This document shows, one piece after another, positions 26,143 to 30,741 of a DNA stretch of 30,741 nt. This DNA is from a virus (taxonomy: Duplodnaviria; Caudoviricetes). Every line of letters begins with the position of its first letter. Positions within the stretch are counted from its first letter, which is position 1. The notes under the pieces were generated by a model that saw only the letters and a program-made list of their open reading frames with translations, ran no database searches and was not told the origin of the DNA. The position numbers and the translations under genes were made by a program. The stretch spans positions 1 through 30,741 of IMG/VR virus record IMGVR_UViG_3300032216_001053; one strand, 5' to 3'.

Positions 26143-26426
26143 AAAATAAAATTGATTGGGTAGACGGAGAGCCAATTCCTTTTGTTGGTTGGATTCAACA
26201 TAGCGATGACACTGTGACTGTTAAAAAAGACATGGTTAATCATCCAAAACATTACACAAGCCACCCATCGGGGGTGGAATGTATTCAGATTACAGAACAC
26301 ATGGGATTTAATCTTGGTAACGCTATCAAATACATATGGCGGGCAGATGAAAAAGGCAATGACGTAGAAGATTTGCGTAAAGCCGTGTGGTATGTCCAAC
26401 GTGAAATAGCCAGAAGAATTAAATGA
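26139..26426 (+). CDS. DUF3310 family protein
   Basis: DMVNHPKHY...VECI...FNLGNAIKYIWRA...DLRKAVWY. Confidence 0.9.
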   Translation: MKNKIDWVDGEPIPFVGWIQHSDDTVTVKKDMVNHPKHYTSHPSGVECIQITEHMGFNLGNAIKYIWRADEKGNDVEDLRKAVWYVQREIARRIK

Positions 26427-26869
26427 AAATTAGTTTATCGGGGGCTGAAATTCAGATGGCGGCTTTTGTGGGATGCCAAAGGATGGTAGAGAACATTGTT
26501 CGTAAAACCAAACCTAGGTATGGCGCAGAAGATGAAACTGATTGGCAAATTAATATTGAGGGTGCATTAGCTGAGTGTGCTTTGGCTAAACACTTGGGCA
26601 AGTTTTGGGCAAAAGGAGAAACGGGTGATTTAGACGTTGGTCGTGTAAACGTTAGGTCAACTCGTTGGGAGTCTGGATGTTTGTTACTTCATCCAAGTGA
26701 CGAAGATGATGTACGTTTTTACTTATTAGTGGGTGTAAACGGACAATATCGTTTAGCGGGATCAATCCTTGCCAAAGATGGTAAGCAAGAGAAATATTGG
26801 GAAGACCGACAGAAGACTAATCGTTGGGCTTATTTTGTGCCCCAAGAGGCACTAGAGCATGGCTACTAA
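26423..26869 (+). CDS. Hypothetical protein (possible restriction-fold nuclease)
   Basis: GALAECALAK...DLDV...VRST...FVPQEAL. Confidence 0.7.
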   Translation: MKISLSGAEIQMAAFVGCQRMVENIVRKTKPRYGAEDETDWQINIEGALAECALAKHLGKFWAKGETGDLDVGRVNVRSTRWESGCLLLHPSDEDDVRFYLLVGVNGQYRLAGSILAKDGKQEKYWEDRQKTNRWAYFVPQEALEHGY

Positions 26870-27140
26870 AAAAGAAAAGGAATACTATGGAAAATTGGCG
26901 AGATTTGGCTGCATCCTTTGTTACCACCTCGGCTACGAAGGGACTCCAGCGGAATTGCATCACATTAGAAGAGGTGGCATACGAAGCAAGTCTCCTGTTA
27001 TCCCGCTCTGCCCCGAACATCATCGAGGAAATTCCAGTATTCACGGAATGGGTAGAAAGCAATTTGAGCGCACCTTTAAAACGACAGAAGAGGAACTCTT
27101 GGAAATGGTATCAGCCAAGTTCCCTCCACCAAGTGTATGA
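26859..27140 (+). CDS. Ref/DUF968-like HNH nuclease
   Basis: GCILC...PAELHHIR...VIPLCPEHHRG...IH. Confidence 0.82.
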   Translation: MATKKEKEYYGKLARFGCILCYHLGYEGTPAELHHIRRGGIRSKSPVIPLCPEHHRGNSSIHGMGRKQFERTFKTTEEELLEMVSAKFPPPSV

Positions 27141-27149
27141 GGGCAGAAA

Positions 27150-27398
27150 ATGAACAATGAACCAGTATTTTGGCTTTTAGAAAGAGAGAATGGTGAACAT
27201 TCTTTTATCAAAAATAAAACTATGCAAGAGCATTACAAATCTAAGAATGTTGATTTAATTCCACTCTATACCCATCCAGCAAAGACATTAACAGATGGTG
27301 AAATTTTAAATATGTATCTTGAGAAAACAAATGGAAATAAAGATTTGGACATATTTGAATTTGCTAGAGCAATACTAAGAAAGGCACAAGAGAAATAA
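27150..27398 (+). CDS. Hypothetical protein
   Basis: PLYTHPAKTLTD...FARAILRKAQEK. Confidence 0.75.
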   Translation: MNNEPVFWLLERENGEHSFIKNKTMQEHYKSKNVDLIPLYTHPAKTLTDGEILNMYLEKTNGNKDLDIFEFARAILRKAQEK

Positions 27399-27550
27399 TG
27401 GCTACGATAATTCCAGCAAAAGATGTCGGCAAAGTATTGCTTGATGCCATTAATGAAGCGTTGGCAGAAATACCTGATGACAAAACAAAACAGGCGGTGT
27501 TAGAAGCGTTTAGCAAGCAGATGTTTTATGGAAAGGCACAAGAGAAATGA
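27398..27550 (+). CDS. Small hypothetical protein (50 aa)
   Basis: TAATG overlap; ends in KAQEK like the preceding gene. Confidence 0.6.
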   Translation: MATIIPAKDVGKVLLDAINEALAEIPDDKTKQAVLEAFSKQMFYGKAQEK

Positions 27551-27723
27551 ACGGACACCAATTAGCTGAGGCTTTAGCAAATGCCAAAAATATCAGCGAG
27601 ATTGCAAGATTAGTAAAAGAAGAGGTTATTCCAACTTTGAATTTTCAACAGTCTGATTTAGATTTATTAAGAGAACAAGTTAAACACCTTGAAACACAAG
27701 TATACGGAGGTATTACCAAATGA
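27547..27723 (+). CDS. Small hypothetical protein (58 aa)
   Basis: ATGA overlaps at both ends. Confidence 0.6.
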   Translation: MNGHQLAEALANAKNISEIARLVKEEVIPTLNFQQSDLDLLREQVKHLETQVYGGITK

Positions 27724-27881
27724 TTGAAACAATAGTAAAACCGCAATCTTTAGACAATGACGTTGCGGTAATGAAAATTATCCAGCTTATGGGGCAACTA
27801 AGTTTAAACGACCTAAGTTATGTTTTAAGGCTGGTTGCAAAAGTTTATCGTGCTACAGAAGAATCACATAGAAATGAGTAG
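27720..27881 (+). CDS. Small hypothetical protein (53 aa)
   Basis: GGAGG RBS; MIETIVKPQSLDND... Confidence 0.6.
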   Translation: MIETIVKPQSLDNDVAVMKIIQLMGQLSLNDLSYVLRLVAKVYRATEESHRNE

Positions 27882-28020
27882 CTGGCTAATTATTCTAACT
27901 GGGCTAATTTATGCGTATATCGCAGTTGAACAAGGATTCAAAGGTAACTTTCCTATGTGTATTTGCTACGCTTGTTATGCTGGCGCTAATGTGGGTTTGT
28001 ATATGATGGCTTCCAAATAA
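27874..28020 (+). CDS. Small two-TM membrane protein
   Basis: MSSWLIILTGLIYAYIAVEQ...ANVGLYMMA. Confidence 0.7.
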   Translation: MSSWLIILTGLIYAYIAVEQGFKGNFPMCICYACYAGANVGLYMMASK

Positions 28021-28026
28021 AACATA

Positions 28027-28050
28027 TGCTACAATTGTTGCACCGCAACA
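28027..28050 (+). promoter_or_regulatory. Extended -10 promoter followed by a palindromic operator
   Basis: TGcTACAAT immediately followed by TGTTGC-ACC-GCAACA. Confidence 0.55.
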
Positions 28051-28068
28051 TAAACTATGGAGATCATT

Positions 28069-28194
28069 ATGTTTACATTTGATGAGCAATACAAAAAGTT
28101 TGAAGAAGTATTAGATCGTACGAAGCAGATGTATGAGTTTTGGTACAACTGCGTATTAGATACATGGAAAGACTTGTATAGCAAGAAGAAGTAA
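28069..28194 (+). CDS. Small helical protein (41 aa)
   Basis: GGAG RBS; MFTFDEQYKKFEEVLDRTKQMYEFWYNCVLDTWKDLYSKKK. Confidence 0.65.
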   Translation: MFTFDEQYKKFEEVLDRTKQMYEFWYNCVLDTWKDLYSKKK

Positions 28195-28196
28195 AG

Positions 28197-28219
28197 AAAG
28201 GGGCAAAAGCCCCTTTTTT
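28197..28219. terminator. Bidirectional terminator
   Basis: AAAGGGGC-AAAA-GCCCCTTTTT between convergent genes. Confidence 0.85.
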
Positions 28220-28565
28220 ACAATTCCAACGGATCGAAACCTAGTTCATCGCTAATAACTTTGGTGCGCCTACGGAATTCGGCATCGTGATGTGACCACT
28301 TATTGGTTTTCCAACGGCTCATATGAACGCATTCATGGCAAAGCACTCTAATAACTGTCGCTAAATGACCACACCTTTTGGTTGAAATGGTGATGACATG
28401 TTCAAACTGCTCTCCATCATCATAAAGGTAGGTTCCCATTACTTCTGGGTCTTGGTCAACTATAAAACTAATTTGCTCAGGCAAAGGCATATTCCAGCGA
28501 TCAAACGGCTTCATGCAGTAGATTGCTGAATATAAATTGCGAAGGATTGACGGGGTAAGCTTCAT
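28218..28565 (-). CDS. SprT-like minimal zincin
   Basis: HECVH...HH..EF motif. Confidence 0.75.
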   Translation of the reverse strand: MKLTPSILRNLYSAIYCMKPFDRWNMPLPEQISFIVDQDPEVMGTYLYDDGEQFEHVITISTKRCGHLATVIRVLCHECVHMSRWKTNKWSHHDAEFRRRTKVISDELGFDPLEL

Positions 28566-28567
28566 GT

Positions 28568-29530
28568 TTAAACTTGGTTAATGCAGCCACGAAATTCAAA
28601 TTCATCCTCTCCACAAACTTGGATTAATTCTGGCAGTATTAACCGACCTCGTTCAAACGACAACAAGGCAAATCCTGACCGCCAATCTTTTGCACCATCT
28701 TCTGTGTAATGGACAAATTGCTCTGCATTTGGGTCAGCCAATGTTCCTGTCTGAATCCCATATCTCGTTCCATTATAGTCAGTCAGCGGATGGATTGTTA
28801 ATTGGTGCGTATGCCCAGTAACTATATTTACCCCGCTGTTTAAACTGTTAGACCTGCCAGCAGACCAACCGCCTTTCCAGCGGTGTTTAATACAGGTATC
28901 TTCATTAATCCAATACGACCAACAAGGTTTCCATAGCGGGAAATGGTCTTTAAGGGTAAACCCTGATACTCCTTCATATTGAGGAACCTGAGCCGCTAAG
29001 AAGGTTTCAAATCGTGCGTCATGGTTACCCATTGTCCACACCAATTCAGCGCCTGTAGACACCCTTTCTATGCCCGCCATAAACTCTTGACAGGCTTCCA
29101 ACTCTTCTCGGACTGAGGGGCTATGAGTCCACCCAATTCTAGGGTGCCTGCTATTTTGACTTCCATCGAAAACATCTCCGTTGGCTATAACAACCTTGGG
29201 TTTAAACTCTTTAATAATCATTAATAAAGCTTTGTAGGCAGTAGTGTAGTCATCGGGCCAAAAATGAGCATCTGAGAACACTACTATTCTGCCCTTTTCC
29301 ATATCCATGCCACGTCTAGCGTTGCCAATAACTTGCTCTAATTTGCGTACTGGAGAATACCTATTGTCGTCTGATGTGGGTAATTCAATCTTTAATCTAG
29401 ATTCAATGGATCTTCGCCTGTTATATACAGAACGTACATCCATGCCATGTTTTTCTGCAAATTTTTGCGGACTACCTATTTTTTTCCATGATTCTATAAA
29501 TTGATCGTCAGTAAGATAATAACTTGCCAC
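28568..29530 (-). CDS. Calcineurin-like metallophosphoesterase
   Basis: SDAH, NGDVFD, GNHD, GHTH motifs. Confidence 0.9.
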   Translation of the reverse strand: MASYYLTDDQFIESWKKIGSPQKFAEKHGMDVRSVYNRRRSIESRLKIELPTSDDNRYSPVRKLEQVIGNARRGMDMEKGRIVVFSDAHFWPDDYTTAYKALLMIIKEFKPKVVIANGDVFDGSQNSRHPRIGWTHSPSVREELEACQEFMAGIERVSTGAELVWTMGNHDARFETFLAAQVPQYEGVSGFTLKDHFPLWKPCWSYWINEDTCIKHRWKGGWSAGRSNSLNSGVNIVTGHTHQLTIHPLTDYNGTRYGIQTGTLADPNAEQFVHYTEDGAKDWRSGFALLSFERGRLILPELIQVCGEDEFEFRGCINQV

Positions 29531-29595
29531 AAGAAGCCTCCGTAAAGTATTGAATTACAACAATAAGTTACGACAATAATATGACATATTTGTTA

Positions 29596-30741
29596 TTATT
29601 CATACTGTTTTTTCAATATTCTGATACGTTCAGTCAATTTAATTTGAGCATCATGGATTCTGTCTAAAGCAACCCGTTTTTCATCGCCATCCATTGTTTT
29701 GGATTGGTTAATAATTTTGGTCATGTTGTTTAATTGCTTCATGTTTTGATCAATAACATTGATGTAGTTCTTCAAACCATACAGTTTTTGATTGTCTTTA
29801 AGGTATTCCTTCAAATCATCTTGATTTCCTGTGCGGGCAAGGTTATTGACTGTTTGAACAACAATATCAACTTCACTCTTTAAATCATAAAATGCGGCAA
29901 TAGTCCCAGTATCAGTTGCAAAGAAACGTTTAATTACTGGCAACTGCTCCAAACGTTTGGTAGCTTTTGCTGGATCGCCTTCGCTAGTCAATGTGGAATC
30001 AATCATCATTGTTGCGTATGTACCCATCGTGCCTGTGTAACCACGAATAAAGTTATCTACTTTAATTGGAGAAATTTTCATATCCTCTGGCAATGTGGAA
30101 TTAATACTAGCCGCCAAAGTTTTAGCCAATTGAGATGTAGATTGGTTAGCTTGGAATTGTGGAGCAATACCTTGCATTCCTTGGCTGACAATTGGATCCC
30201 CAGTAAAGAATGAATAGTTAGCAATATTCTCTACAATAGGCAAGACCGCCTGTGGTATTGGGTTAAACGATAGGGTGGACATTGCATTACGCAATAATGA
30301 ATCACGCAAATCTTTGCCAGTATCTGTGCCAAAGTTATACTCAAGGATACGCTCAGGTATGACTTTAAACACCACACCTAATTCAAATGGGATTGGGAAA
30401 CGGAATGGCTTGCCATTGATTTCAAAACCAGGCGCAATCCAATAATTATCACGTTCTTCTTTGGTCAGTTTCTTGTATTCATCGTCATCAGATACCGCTG
30501 CCCAATACATAACAGACAAACCTAGCAATGTGAGGGCACGGAACATAAAGGCTTTTTGAATTGCCTCTTTGTTTTCAGTAGCCATCTTGCCCCAGCCTGA
30601 GCGATACAGAATGTCAAGACCTTGTACACGTGCGTTAAAGAATGGAACCATAGCCGACATAATGCGAATCACGGCTGAGTTACCTTTGCGGGAGAAGTTA
30701 AGGACTTCCATCGCTTGGTACAAAGCTTCAGCTTCCGAACC
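29596..30741 (-). CDS. Large virion/internal protein, C-terminal LPD38-like domain (starts beyond the window)
   Basis: NFSRKG...PFFNARVQGLD...ERDNYW...PIPFELG; the frame stays open to the window end. Confidence 0.75.
   Translation of the reverse strand, partial: GSEAEALYQAMEVLNFSRKGNSAVIRIMSAMVPFFNARVQGLDILYRSGWGKMATENKEAIQKAFMFRALTLLGLSVMYWAAVSDDDEYKKLTKEERDNYWIAPGFEINGKPFRFPIPFELGVVFKVIPERILEYNFGTDTGKDLRDSLLRNAMSTLSFNPIPQAVLPIVENIANYSFFTGDPIVSQGMQGIAPQFQANQSTSQLAKTLAASINSTLPEDMKISPIKVDNFIRGYTGTMGTYATMMIDSTLTSEGDPAKATKRLEQLPVIKRFFATDTGTIAAFYDLKSEVDIVVQTVNNLARTGNQDDLKEYLKDNQKLYGLKNYINVIDQNMKQLNNMTKIINQSKTMDGDEKRVALDRIHDAQIKLTERIRILKKQYE

Noticed and set aside
1-30741. tRNA genes, integrase/att sites, IS elements
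   Set aside because: No cloverleaf, recombinase or transposase recognised by eye; tRNAscan and HMM searches would be needed to exclude them fully.

Overview
A 30.7-kb segment of a tailed dsDNA phage, probably a podovirus-like freshwater type with a proteobacterial host (inference). Bases 1-8.9 kb (- strand) hold the head and packaging genes: TerS, LexA-like DNA-binding protein, TerL, portal, GroES, scaffold, a structural protein and the start of the major capsid protein. Bases 8.9-9.8 kb are a palindrome-rich control region with a sigma70 promoter and a ~350-nt structured RNA. Bases 9.8-16.3 kb (+) are an early operon with small ORFs, an SprT-like protease, a MoxR/CobS AAA+ ATPase and a split CobT/VWA pair. 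Bases 16.4-19.3 kb (-) encode primase-helicase, HNH and RusA plus a second structured leader. Bases 19.4-28.2 kb (+) carry recombination and middle genes (PD-(D/E)XK nuclease, ERF, SSB, N4/N6 methyltransferase, DUF3310, Ref-like). Bases 28.2-30.7 kb (-) are the end of a late operon. The most striking unexplained signal is a sharp-edged ~15-kb zone (8.2-23.2 kb) purged of SCNGS 5-mers other than CCCGC/GCGGG, to the point of losing Ala-Ala and Pro-Gly dipeptides. Every surviving copy I found there lies within ~20 bp of the strongly over-represented palindrome GTTTAAAC or a 1-nt variant. A perfect chromosomal parS site lies at the edge of this zone. All motif counts were made by eye and need computational confirmation.
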